Origin: Longimicrobiales bacterium
GTDB taxonomy: Bacteria > Gemmatimonadota > Gemmatimonadetes > Longimicrobiales > Gaopeijiaceae
Assembly (NCBI GenBank): GCA_965218295.1
Contig: CBDCKN010000016.1
Location: forward strand, 1-44,568
Reading direction: 5' to 3'
DNA: 44,568 nucleotides
The translations under genes were made by a program, and so were the position numbers. The notes beneath the pieces were generated by a model. That model was given only the letters and a program-made list of their open reading frames with translations. It had not been told where the DNA came from and did no database searches. The number at the start of each line of letters is the position of its first letter. The first letter of the stretch is position 1. Below are positions 27,733-37,563 of the stretch, piece after piece.

Positions 27733-28641
27733 TTACGCGGCGGCTGTCAGCTCGCGGTACCGGAGGGCCTGGCCGTCCAGGAGACGGATCAGGACGGCCT
27801 CGAAGATGTAGGGGTTGTTCCGGTGGTTGATCCTGAACTCGACTTCGGACAGGTAGGCGTCCAGGTGCTTGGCGCTGACCTGGTGCCATGCTCCGACGAT
27901 GGAGCGCTTGAGAAGGCTCCAGACACCCTCTACGCTGTTCGTGTGGACATCTCCGACCACCCACTCCTCTTCGGAGTGTTTGACCGTCTCATGGCGCGTG
28001 TCGTGATCGGCGATCCCGAGGTAGGACTTAAGCTCGTCGGTGTAGATGGCCTCGGTGTCGGACCGCGTGTTCCTGGCGATGAAGGCGTGGAGCGTGGCCC
28101 GCTTGATGTTGGGGACCGCCTCGATACGCACCTCGCCGCCACGCTGGACGGCTCCGGCGACCCACGTCTTGCCGACGCGGTTGCCGGTACCGACGCCGCG
28201 CCTCTTGCCGCCGACCAGGGTCTCGTCCACCTCGACCACGCCGAACAGGGTCGGCCCGCCCGAGAGATTGCCCCGCATGGCCGACCGGATACGATGGCAC
28301 AGGTGCCACGCGGTCTTGTAGGTGACGCCGATCGTCCGCTTGATCTGGTTCGCGCTGATGCTCTTCTTCGACTCGCAGACCAGGTAGATCGTTACGAACC
28401 ACTTCCAGAGCGGAAGGTTCGTGTTGTCGAAGATGGTTCCCGAAGTAACGCTGAAGCGGTAGCGGCACCCGTTGCAGTCGAACTGGTCGCGGGTGCTGAT
28501 CTCCGAGACGGACATGTCGCCGCAGCGCGGGCAAGCAACCGCCCCCGACCAGCGCAGCTTCTCAAGGTATTCGCGGCAAGTCTCTTCGTCGCGGAACTTT
28601 TCGATCAACGAAATCAGATTGATTCTGGAGGTGTCAACCAT
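27733..28641 (-). CDS. IS1595-family DDE transposase (intact)
   Basis: Zn ribbon CPRCG/CNGC; VEVDET, YTDE, HTNSVEGVWSLLKR, HLDAYLSE. Confidence 0.95.
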   Translation of the reverse strand: MVDTSRINLISLIEKFRDEETCREYLEKLRWSGAVACPRCGDMSVSEISTRDQFDCNGCRYRFSVTSGTIFDNTNLPLWKWFVTIYLVCESKKSISANQIKRTIGVTYKTAWHLCHRIRSAMRGNLSGGPTLFGVVEVDETLVGGKRRGVGTGNRVGKTWVAGAVQRGGEVRIEAVPNIKRATLHAFIARNTRSDTEAIYTDELKSYLGIADHDTRHETVKHSEEEWVVGDVHTNSVEGVWSLLKRSIVGAWHQVSAKHLDAYLSEVEFRINHRNNPYIFEAVLIRLLDGQALRYRELTAAA

Positions 28642-28786
28642 GGGTCATACCCGGCGTAAAGAGGACAAGCTACCGAAGGACGTAAGGCACCTAACGGGCG
28701 ACCAGGTGATGGAGAAGTTGTTCTCTAAGAAAGTGGCTAAAGAACTGAAGAAGGTCGCCCATGAGAAGGGCCGGAAAGCGAAGTGA
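28640..28786 (+). CDS. 48-aa basic protein inside IS1595, divergent from tnp
   Basis: GGAGGT (28627-28632) 7 nt before the ATG; MGHTRRKEDKLPKDVRHLTGDQVMEKLFSKKVAKELKKVAHEKGRKAK. Confidence 0.6.
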   Translation: MGHTRRKEDKLPKDVRHLTGDQVMEKLFSKKVAKELKKVAHEKGRKAK

Positions 28787-28845
28787 ATATCCATACACTG
28801 AATCTAATACAACCGGCCCTGCCGTGCAAGGGGTATATAATTACC

Positions 28846-29770
28846 CAATGTTAGGATCGACCTGGTCTGAAGCTTTTCAGCGAGGAGGTCAGGATGGGAA
28901 GGAAGCGACACACTCCGGAGCAGATCATCACTGCACTGCGGGAGGCAGAGGTGGGTCTGGCCCGCGGCAAATCCGTGAAGCTGATCAGCCGGGAGCTGGG
29001 CATCACCGAGCAGACGTACTACCGGTGGAGGCGGGAGTACGGCGGGATGAAGGTGAGCCAGGCACGGCGCCTGAAGGAGCTCGAGCGCGAGAACGGGCGC
29101 CTGAAGCGAGCAGTGGCGGACTTGACACTGGACAAGCTGATCCTGGAGGAAGCGGCCGAGGGAAACTTCTGAGCCCCGAGCGCCGACGACGTTGTGTGGT
29201 GCGTGTACGTCAGCAGCTCGGGGCGTCGGAGAGGAGAGCGTGCCGGGTGCTCGGGCAGCCACGCACGACCCAGCGCCGGGCGAGGAAAGTGGCGAGTGAC
29301 GAGGGGGCGCTCCGAGGTGATATCGTGCGACTTGCGAGTCGATTCGGCCGCTACGGCTACCGACGCGTCACGGACATGCTCCGCATCGAGGGCTGGGGGG
29401 TGAACCACAAGCGGGTGGAGCGGATCTGGAGGCAGGAGGGGCTGAAGGTCCCGCAGCGGCAGCCGAAGCGAGGTCGGCTGTGGCTCAACGACGGATCGTG
29501 CATCCGGCTGAGGCCGCTGTATCGGGGCCACGTCTGGTCGTACGACTTCGTGGCCTCGAGGACGCACGACGGGCGTGCGCTGAAGCTGCTGACAGTGCTG
29601 GACGAGCACACGAGGGAGTGCCTGGCGATCGTGGTGGCTCGCAAGATCCGCTCGCACGACGTGCTCGAGGTGCTGGCCGATCTGTTCGTCCGACACGGGC
29701 CTCCCGAGTATCTGAGGTCGGACAACGGACCGGAGTTCACCGCGAAGCTCGTGCGGCGGTGGTTGGGGTG
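28846..29770 (+). mobile_element. IS3-family element truncated at both ends (orfA 28894-29172; orfB about 29169-29770)
   Basis: orfA HTH plus coiled coil ending EGNF*; GGGAAAC -1 slippage site; orfB YGYRR, WSYDF, DEHTRE, RSDNGPEF, ending before the last DDE residue. Confidence 0.9.
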
Positions 29771-29798
29771 GAGGGCCGTGAAGGACCCTCAGGTGGAG

Positions 29799-29832
29799 TA
29801 TTATTATTAGCATTAATATTATTATTATAATT
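29799..29832. repeat. (TAT)n AT-rich low-complexity patch
   Basis: tattattattagcattaatattattattataatt (2 G/C in 34 nt). Confidence 0.85.
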
Positions 29833-29902
29833 CCTGCGTGTTCGTACCTGCTAGTGTCTCATCCCCGAACGGCGTCGCCGAACGACGTCATGTGAGTGTC
29901 CC

Positions 29903-31120
29903 ATGATTCAAGCGAGTGCATCGAAAACCGACCAGTATCTGAGTGAGGCTGACCAGTTCAGCGCCCACAACTACGAGCCCCTCCCGGTGGTTCTGGACCG
30001 AGGAGAGGGCGTCTGGGTTTGGGACGTGGACGGCAACCGATATCTCGACATGCTCGCCGCTTATTCGGCGCTGAATCAGGGACACCGCCATCCAGAGATC
30101 ATGCGAGCCGCCGAAGAGCAGATGGCCAAGCTGACCTTGACGTCTCGGGCGTTCCACAACGACCAGATGGGTCCCTTCCTCCGGGAGCTCTGCGAGGCCA
30201 CCGGATTCGAGAAGGCCCTTCCCATGAACACAGGGGCCGAGGCCGTGGAGACGGCCATCAAGACCGTGCGGAAGTGGGGCTACCAGGTGAAAGGCGTGCC
30301 CGAAGGGCAGGCCGAGATCATCGTCTGCGAGAACAACTTCCACGGGCGGACGACGACCATCGTCGGGTTCTCCTCCGAGGATCAATACAAGGAGGGCTTC
30401 GGGCCCTTCACGCCGGGGTTCGTGATGGTGCCGTACGGCGACGTGGAAGCCTTCGAGGCCGCCATCACCGAGAATACGGTCGGCTTCCTCATGGAGCCTC
30501 TGCAGGGCGAGGGCGGAGTCGTCGTACCCCCGGAAGGTTACCTGAGCCGGACGGCCGAGATCTGCCGCGAGCGCGGAATCGCCTTCGTGGCCGACGAGAT
30601 CCAGACCGGACTCGGTCGCACCGGTCGTCTCTTCTGCTGCGACTGGGAGGACGTCCGGCCCGACGTGCTCATCGTCGGCAAGGCTCTGGGCGGTGGCGTT
30701 TACCCGGTGTCTGCAGCCATCGCCGACTCGGAGTTCATGGATCTCTACCGGCCCGGTGATCACGGCTCGACCTTCGGCGGCAATCCTCTGGGTGCGGCGG
30801 TGGGGCGGGCTTCGCTCCGGGTGATTCTCGAGGAGAATCTGTCGCAGCGCTCCGACGAGCTGGGCAACTGGTTCATGGATGAGCTCCGCGCCATCGACTC
30901 GCCGCACGTCGAGGAAGTGCGCGGCCGCGGGCTCATGGTCGGTGTTGTCATCAAGGAATCGTCCGGGACGGCGCGGCCGTACTGCGAGGCCTTGCAGGAG
31001 AAGGGAATCCTGGCCAAGGAGACCCACCACCAGGTCGTCCGCTTCGCGCCTCCGCTGACCATCGAGAAGTCCACGTTGGAAGAGGCCCTGGTGGATATCG
31101 ACGCCGTCCTCACGGGCTGA
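29903..31120 (+). CDS. rocD: Ornithine--oxo-acid transaminase
   Basis: AHNYEPLPVV, AYSALNQGH, NTGAEAVE, EPLQGEGG, DEIQTGLGRTG, GKALGGG, HGSTFGGNP. Confidence 0.95.
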   Translation: MIQASASKTDQYLSEADQFSAHNYEPLPVVLDRGEGVWVWDVDGNRYLDMLAAYSALNQGHRHPEIMRAAEEQMAKLTLTSRAFHNDQMGPFLRELCEATGFEKALPMNTGAEAVETAIKTVRKWGYQVKGVPEGQAEIIVCENNFHGRTTTIVGFSSEDQYKEGFGPFTPGFVMVPYGDVEAFEAAITENTVGFLMEPLQGEGGVVVPPEGYLSRTAEICRERGIAFVADEIQTGLGRTGRLFCCDWEDVRPDVLIVGKALGGGVYPVSAAIADSEFMDLYRPGDHGSTFGGNPLGAAVGRASLRVILEENLSQRSDELGNWFMDELRAIDSPHVEEVRGRGLMVGVVIKESSGTARPYCEALQEKGILAKETHHQVVRFAPPLTIEKSTLEEALVDIDAVLTG

Positions 31121-31134
31121 CTCGCGCGACGAAC

Positions 31135-32829
31135 ATGCCCGCCTCGAGGGCAAGCGAGGAGCCCGGTGCCGCCCCGACAGGGGGGGTACCGGGCTTTTCC
31201 GTCGCCACTCTCACCGCCGTCGCCCTTGGTGTGGTGGGGGTCGTGGCCTGGGAGGCGGTTCCGCCGGGAGTCTGGCACGACGACGGTGCGTATCTGCTCC
31301 TGGGCAAGTCTCTGGCCGAGGGTGAGGGGCTTCGCTACTCCCAGGTCGCTGGCTCGCCGCCGGGCGCCAAGTTTCCTCCAGTCTATCCTCTGGTCCTCGC
31401 GGTGCTCTGGAGGCTGGCGCCCACGGCTGTAGCGGAGGGGTCCCTCGCGGCGTTCGTGAATCTCCTCTTCGTCGTCGTGGGCGGCGGGTTGTTCGTGTCC
31501 TACCTACGCTCCCTGGACTTTTCGTGGAGGAGCTCCGTAGCCACCACCGCACTCCTGTGGCTCATGCCCGACGTATGGCGTCTCTCTCTGGTGCCTCTCT
31601 CGGAGCCGCTCTTCCTGCTCGTGCTCGTTCTGGCTCTGTGGGCGGGATCGCGCCTGGAGCGGAATCCCACGGGACGAGCTCTCGCGACCTTCATCCTGGC
31701 ATTAGCCGTCGCCTATCACGTGCGAACCATGGGCGCTGTGTTGGGAGCGGCCGTGCCCGTGGCGCTCCTTCTTCGGCGGCAGATACGCTGGGCCGTTTGG
31801 ACCGCCATTGGCGTCTTCCTCGTGGTAGCTCCCTGGCTCGTCTGGTCGAGTCGTGCAGCGACGGCGATTCCCGCTCCTCTCAGGGATACGCTGGGCCCAT
31901 ACGGGGGGTGGCTGACCAGACAGGCGAGTGCCGAAGGTGGGGGGTTCCTGGCAGGGATGGCGTCCAGCGCCGTGGCCCTGGCGTCGCGAATCGCGGGTGT
32001 CCTTTTTCCCGGTGCCGGCCCCGGTGCCGGCGGCCTCTGGGGCCTGATGTTGACGCTCGGAGTCGCCGGTGTCGGAGGAATTGGTCTCTACCGACTGTCC
32101 AGAGAGTCCTGGACGCCGGTCCTGACGGCCGGCCTGATGGTGGGCCTGCTCTGGATGTGGCCCTACCAGGAGCGCCGTCTGATCATGCCGGTGGCACCAC
32201 TTCTGGGCCTGATTCTGGTCTGTGGATTCCAGAGAGAGCTCGGAGCGGCGATCAGGGCCCTCGTGAGGCTGGGTGCGTCGCCTGCCCCGGGTGACGGGGT
32301 CGACGGTGTGGAGCGGCCCGTAGCGGACGTTGGAGGCTTCCCGGTCCGTACAGCCGCCCTGGGTATCCTCGGCCTCTGCTGGATCGTTTGGCTGGGAGGG
32401 GCGAGCCTTCTGCATCTGAGGGCGGACCGTCACCTCGATGCGTTCGACGTACGCTCCCGCATGCTCGCCCGGGCAGTCCTCGCGGTGGAGGAGCGCGTCC
32501 CGCAGGATGGCGTGGTGGGTGCTCCGGAGCTCTGGGCCGGACTGGCGTTGCACACCGGGCGCACCGTCGCGCCCAGCGCCCGGTTTCATCCCGTGGGAGA
32601 AGGGCCTACCTGGGGGACCAACCGGGAGCAGTTCGAGGTCTGGAACGCGGCCGGGATCGAGTACGTGCTGCTGGAGAATGCCGGCCGGATTCACAAGGAG
32701 GCACTGGACGAGCTGGACGCGCGCTGCCCGGGTTCGGTGGAGCTTCTGGCGTCATGGGGAGGGGGGATGCTGGTCCGGCTCGACTGGGATGGGGCCTGCC
32801 GGTCGCAAGTGCTCGCCGGCCGCGACTAG
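31135..32829 (+). CDS. Polytopic membrane protein, GT-C/ArnT-like glycosyltransferase
   Basis: HDDGAYLLLGKSLAEG...KFPPVYP, LSEPLF, RTMG; more than 10 TM helices. Confidence 0.65.
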   Translation: MPASRASEEPGAAPTGGVPGFSVATLTAVALGVVGVVAWEAVPPGVWHDDGAYLLLGKSLAEGEGLRYSQVAGSPPGAKFPPVYPLVLAVLWRLAPTAVAEGSLAAFVNLLFVVVGGGLFVSYLRSLDFSWRSSVATTALLWLMPDVWRLSLVPLSEPLFLLVLVLALWAGSRLERNPTGRALATFILALAVAYHVRTMGAVLGAAVPVALLLRRQIRWAVWTAIGVFLVVAPWLVWSSRAATAIPAPLRDTLGPYGGWLTRQASAEGGGFLAGMASSAVALASRIAGVLFPGAGPGAGGLWGLMLTLGVAGVGGIGLYRLSRESWTPVLTAGLMVGLLWMWPYQERRLIMPVAPLLGLILVCGFQRELGAAIRALVRLGASPAPGDGVDGVERPVADVGGFPVRTAALGILGLCWIVWLGGASLLHLRADRHLDAFDVRSRMLARAVLAVEERVPQDGVVGAPELWAGLALHTGRTVAPSARFHPVGEGPTWGTNREQFEVWNAAGIEYVLLENAGRIHKEALDELDARCPGSVELLASWGGGMLVRLDWDGACRSQVLAGRD

Positions 32830-32851
32830 GTCGGGATCCACCATCCCGAGC

Positions 32852-33130
32852 TTACCACTTGATGGAACCCTCCTTGCTCGTGTCGACCTGCTCCGCGTCG
32901 CCGTCGCCCAGAAGCACGTTCTCGATCTGGGCGTAAAGGAAGTCCTTGGCTTTGGTCTCCCGCGGATCCAGACCGTAATGGTTGATCAGAAGAGTCTGAT
33001 GCTGCAGCCAGTCGGCCCAGCAATTGGAACAGATCTGCTCCTGGATGCGCTCTCCCAGGTCGGTGCGAAACGGCGCCCTCGCCAGCTTGGGCTTGTCCGG
33101 CCCACAACGTCGACAGTCGATGGTTTCCAC
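32852..33130 (-). CDS. Fe(II)-trafficking/oxidative damage protection protein (YggX family)
   Basis: APFRTDLGERI...CWADWLQHQTLLINHYGL; GGAGG SD before GTG 33130. Confidence 0.85.
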   Translation of the reverse strand: METIDCRRCGPDKPKLARAPFRTDLGERIQEQICSNCWADWLQHQTLLINHYGLDPRETKAKDFLYAQIENVLLGDGDAEQVDTSKEGSIKW

Positions 33131-33269
33131 GGTGGCTTCGGCCCCTCCGATTGACACAGGATTCGGCGCCCCTGATCGTGACGAGACCTCGACTACCCAC
33201 GGAGGCGGACAGGGATCCGACCTGGTGGGGTCCGACCGGGGAGAGCCCGATCTGAGCAAGGAGGGCGTT

Positions 33270-34264
33270 TTGCCCACGACAGCGTTCCTGGGAACCGGCT
33301 ACTATGTGCCGGAACGGGTGGTCTCCAATCAAGACCTGTCGGAGCTAATGGACACCTCCGACGAGTGGATCGTAGAGCGGACGGGGATCAGGGAGCGGCG
33401 CTGGGTTTCGGAAGGTGAAACGGGGGCCGGGATGGCCCTGAGCGCCAGCACCGATGCCCTCGAGGAGGCGGGCATGGAGCCCGCCGATGTAGACGCCATC
33501 ATCCTGGCCACCATCAGTCCCGATCATTTCTTCCCCGGCACGGGCGTCTTCCTCCAGAGGGAGCTGGGCCTTGCCGGTGTTCCGGCTCTGGACGTTCGGG
33601 ACCAGTGCACCGGCTTCCTGTACGGCTTGTCCGTGGCGGACGCTTGGATCAAGAGCGGGCAGTACAGTACGATCCTCCTGGTCGGCGTGGAGATCCAATC
33701 CACGGGGATCGACGTCACGACTCGTGGACGGGACATGGCCGTTCTCTTCGGTGACGGCGCCGGAGCCGTCGTTCTCGGCGCAACGGAGAATGAGGACCGA
33801 GGCGTGCTCTCCACGCATCTCCATGCCGACGGCCGTCATGCGGAGATCCTCTGGTGCGACGCCGCGTCCAGCGCACGCCATCCCCGGATCACGGCGGAGG
33901 ACGTGGAGGCGGGTCGGCACCACCCCACCATGGAGGGGAGAGAGGTCTTCAAGCACGCCGTCAGGAGGATGCCCGAGGTGGTCGAAGAGGCGCTCTCGGC
34001 CAACGGGCTCACCACGGAGGACATCGACCTCCTCATCCCCCATCAAGCGAACCTCCGCATCTCCGAGATGGTGAGACGCCGGCTCGGGCTCCCGGAGGAC
34101 CGAGTGTACAACAATATCGAGCGCTATGGAAACACGACGGCCGCGACGATTCCATCGCTCTGGCTGAGGTGGTAGACCAGGGTTTGCTCGGGCGTGGCGA
34201 CCTCCTCGCGCTGACCGCTTTCGGATCCGGCTTGACCTGGGGGAGCGCCCTGATTCGCTGGTGA
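33270..34264 (+). CDS. fabH: 3-oxoacyl-ACP synthase III (frameshift near 34158)
   Basis: DTSDEWIVERTGI, QCTGF, FGDGAGA, PHQANLRI, YGNT; ends AFGSGLTWGSALIRW in another frame. Confidence 0.92.
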
Positions 34265-34350
34265 GGACTACCTCTCCAGCGCCGCGGGTTCCATCCGCGT
34301 GGCCGTCAAAGGGGCTCCCTGCGGGGGGCACTCTCCAGATTACGTCAGAG

Positions 34351-34379
34351 TAGACGGCCATTTCCGATTCGGTTAATTT
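34351..34379 (+). promoter_or_regulatory. Possible sigma70 promoter of the DksA-like gene
   Basis: TAGACG-17 nt-TAATTT. Confidence 0.35.
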
Positions 34380-34434
34380 TTCTTCCCTACAGCCGGTCGG
34401 GCGGCTCGCCATCCCTGAACGAGGCACAACCAAG

Positions 34435-34815
34435 ATGCTTACCAAGACACAGCTCAAGCATATCGAGAAGCGGCTCATGGATGAGCGCGCGAAGGCGCAC
34501 AAGGCCCTGGGGCTTTTCGACAGAATGGCGAAGCTCGACCGGGAGACCATGGACTCGGATCTCTCGATGTACACGGATCACATGGCCGACCAGGGCACTG
34601 AGGCCATGGAGCGAGAGAAGGCCGCCCTCTTCGCAACCAAAGAGGGCCGCTACATCTACAGGCTGGAGGAGGCCCTCCGCCGGCTCTACAACGATCCGAA
34701 GAACTTCGGACTGTGTCACACGTGTGGGGCCGAGGTGGGATTCGAGCGCCTGGACGCGCTACCCCATGCTCGCTACTGCATCGAGTGCAAGCTCAAGGAG
34801 GAGGCGGCGGCCTAG
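34435..34815 (+). CDS. TraR/DksA C4-type zinc-finger protein
   Basis: Coiled coil with HMADQGT tip; CHTC...ERLDALP...CIEC. Confidence 0.9.
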   Translation: MLTKTQLKHIEKRLMDERAKAHKALGLFDRMAKLDRETMDSDLSMYTDHMADQGTEAMEREKAALFATKEGRYIYRLEEALRRLYNDPKNFGLCHTCGAEVGFERLDALPHARYCIECKLKEEAAA

Positions 34816-35940
34816 AGGGCCTCCAGTAGGGCATCACCCACGGCTTCTACCTGCCACCGCCTCACGCCCTGCACGGCCAGGAGCTCTCCGCCGTTCTCGG
34901 GACCGGCCCGAGCGATCTCCAGCAGCAGCGTGTTTGAGACCAACGTACCCCGGGCGATGCCGAGCTCTTCCGATCGCTGGTTGCGGGCTGCCTTCAGGCG
35001 ATCGGTCACCTCTAAGATCTCCGGCGGAGGACGGCCGGGCCCAGTGCGATTACTCCGCGGGTATCCTACCAACTCCTCCGTATCCACACGGTCGATTCGC
35101 GCCAGACGGTCGAGGAGGAAGCGGCCCGATCGCTCGGCGAGCCGAGGCGAGAACCCGCTCATCTCGGCAAGACCCGAGGCGCTCCGTGGGCGCACCTGCA
35201 CCACTTCGACAAGCACGTTATCCGACACGACCCGGAAGGGCGCCCGATCCCTCCTTCGAGCGATCTCGTCCCCTCCACAGCCACGCCTCTCGGAGCAGTG
35301 CTACCTCGCGAAGCTCCAGATAGCGAGCTCGTTTCACCTTGGTAACGGGGTCGGCCTTCCCCTCCTCGCTCCAACGGAGCGATTCCATGAGGGACGACTC
35401 CTCCTGTGCCCACGCCAGCCGTCCCATGGCGTCTAGGCGCTCACGCAGCAGATCGGCCAGGGCGTGGAGATGCTGCGTGTCCGAGGCGGCGTACGCCAGC
35501 ATCTCTTCGGAGAGGGGCCGTTTCGCCCAATCAGCCCGTTGATACTTCTTGGAGAGGTTCACACTGAAGTAGGTCTCGAGGAGGGATGCGAGTCCCAGAG
35601 AAGGCTCTCCCAGAAGCGCGGCCGCGGTCTGGGTGTCGAACAGGTTCACCGGGTGGAGGTCGAGATCGCGGTCCAGAAGTCGGAGATCGTAGTCGCCCCC
35701 ATGAAAGATGATGAGGACGTCGGGCGCCTCGAGAGGTCCTCGGAGCGCGGGCTCGGGATCCACCGCCAGGGGATCCACGAGGTACGTCGCGTCGGGGCTG
35801 CTCACCTGAACGAGACAGACCCGATCCGAGTAGCGGTGGAAGCCGGCGGCCTCCAGGTCGACGGCGAGGCGCGTTTCGCCGGCCAGGGCATCGGCCAGCT
35901 CCTCCACGCCGCGGGGGTCCGTGATGAGTTGGAATGTCAT
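34812..35940 (-). CDS. rnd: Ribonuclease D (frameshift near 35270)
   Basis: AVDLE, HRYSDRVCLVQ, FDTQ, QRADWAKRPL, YAASD; HRDC-like C-terminus in the 34812 frame. Confidence 0.9.
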
Positions 35941-36097
35941 TGAGCAAGCAGCTTCGGCTTGGGGAGGCCAGAGCGCAAGCGAACACCCGAGTCGGGGCGT
36001 CGGTGGAGCCTTGCCGGACCGTTCGGCCAGAGTGAGGTTCAACGGAGCGCTCGAACGGCTGACTCGCCATATCCCCCGCACTGTCCTGAACGAACGG

Positions 36098-37519
36098 ATG
36101 CTTCGTACCAAGATCGTCTGTACGCTGGGGCCCGCCACCTCTTCCCCGGAACGCGTCCGCGCGCTGGTAGAGGGAGGCATGAACGTGGCCCGGATCAACA
36201 TGTCGCACGGCGACCACGAGGGTCACGCCGCGGTCATCGAGCACCTGCGCGCGGCGGCCGAGGAGTCCGGGCGTCCTTTGGCGATCCTCGCCGATCTGGC
36301 GGGCCCGAAGATCCGGGTGGGCGGCCTCCCGAAGCCGGTGGAGCTCACCCCCGGCGAGCGCGTCACCCTGGCCCCCGAGGGCGCGATGCGGGACGGGGAC
36401 ATCTGCACGACGTATGCCCACCTAGCAGAAGACTTGAAGCCGGGCGATCACATTCTCCTGGACGACGGCCTCCTCGAGCTGGAGTGCGTCGAGATCCTGG
36501 GGGCAGAGGATCTCGTTCGATGTGGTGCGGGGGGGGGGTGCTCAGGAGCAACAAGGGGCTCAATATGCCGGGCATCGACGTGCAGGCCCCGTCTCTCACC
36601 GAGAAGGACCTCACCGATCTCGACTTCGCGTTGCGCCAGGGGGTCGAGTACGTGGGCCTCTCCTTCGTCCGGAGGGGTGCCGACGTCAGGGACCTCAAGG
36701 ACAGGGTGGGCCTCCAGGCCCTCGTCGTCGCGAAAATCGAGATGGCCCGAGCACTGGACTCCCTCGACGCCATCATGGCGGTGGCCGATGCGGTCATGGT
36801 CGCCCGGGGCGACCTCGGCGTCGAGCTCCCGTTCGAGCAGGTGCCCCTGGCCCAAAAGCGCATCGTCCGGATCGCCAACGCGTACGGCCGTCCGGTGATC
36901 ACGGCGACCCAGATGCTCGAGTCGATGATCGAGAATCCCCGTCCTACCCAGGCCGAGGCGTCGGACGTGGCCAACGCCATCCTCGACGGAACAGACGCGA
37001 TCATGCTGTCCGGCGAGACGGCGGTGGGGAGGCATCCTCTGGCCTCCTTGGAGGCGATGGTGCGCATCACCCGGGAGATCGAGTCCAGTGGGGTCTTGGA
37101 CCGCGGACCGGTCTACGACACGGTCGTCGACGCCCACCCGAGGGGAGGCGCCACCGATCGGGAGCACGCCGTGGCTTCGGCCACGGTCGAGTCGGCACGC
37201 CGTGTGGACGCTCCGGCGGTGATCGTGATCACCCGGAGCGGGCGCTCGGCGAGGCTCGTGTCGAGCTATCGGCCCTTGGCGCCCCTCTTCTGTGTTTGCA
37301 CCGATGAGCACACCTATCGACAGATTCCGCGCGGTGTGGGGCGTATGGCCTTTGTTGGCCGTGGACGAGGAGGTCTCGTACGACTCCCTGACGGACTTCG
37401 GTAAGGAGGCCGTGCTCGAGTCGGGCGTCGGCAAGGCCGGCCAGTCCATCGTCGTGACGTCCGGGTACCCGTTCCATACCTCGGGCAGCACGAACACCAT
37501 GCGAGTGGAGATGCTCTAG
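36098..37519 (+). CDS. pyk: Pyruvate kinase (frameshifts near 36500-36540 and 37315)
   Basis: RTKIVCTLGPA, RINMSHG, DLAGPKIR, AKIE, MVARGDLGVE, ATQMLESM, MLSGETAVG, STNTMRV. Confidence 0.95.
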
Positions 37520-37560
37520 TGCCTCTTGGTGACTCGCGAACTTCGGCAACGGAACACTAG
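37516..37560. repeat. Mini-element copy D (CTAGTG...CACTAG)
   Basis: Nearly fills the pyk-MBL spacer; starts on the pyk TAG; near-identical to copy C. Confidence 0.85.
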
Positions 37561-37563
37561 GGG

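Larger units (their letters stand above)
27175..28845 (-). mobile_element. IS1595-family element with passenger DNA (1,671 bp)
   Basis: Perfect 23-bp TIRs GGTAATTATATACCCCTTGCACG (27175-27197 and 28823-28845) enclosing the transposase. Confidence 0.92.

Noticed and set aside
27167..28853. IS1595 target-site duplication
   Set aside because: The flanking 8-mers differ
29851..29875. CTAGTGTCTCATCCCCGAAC as a fifth mini-element
   Set aside because: Only a weak half-match, with no CACTAG arm and no stop-codon overlap
16521..37560. Near-identical 39-bp repeats as CRISPR repeats
   Set aside because: Copies are dispersed kilobases apart, with no spacer array and no cas genes
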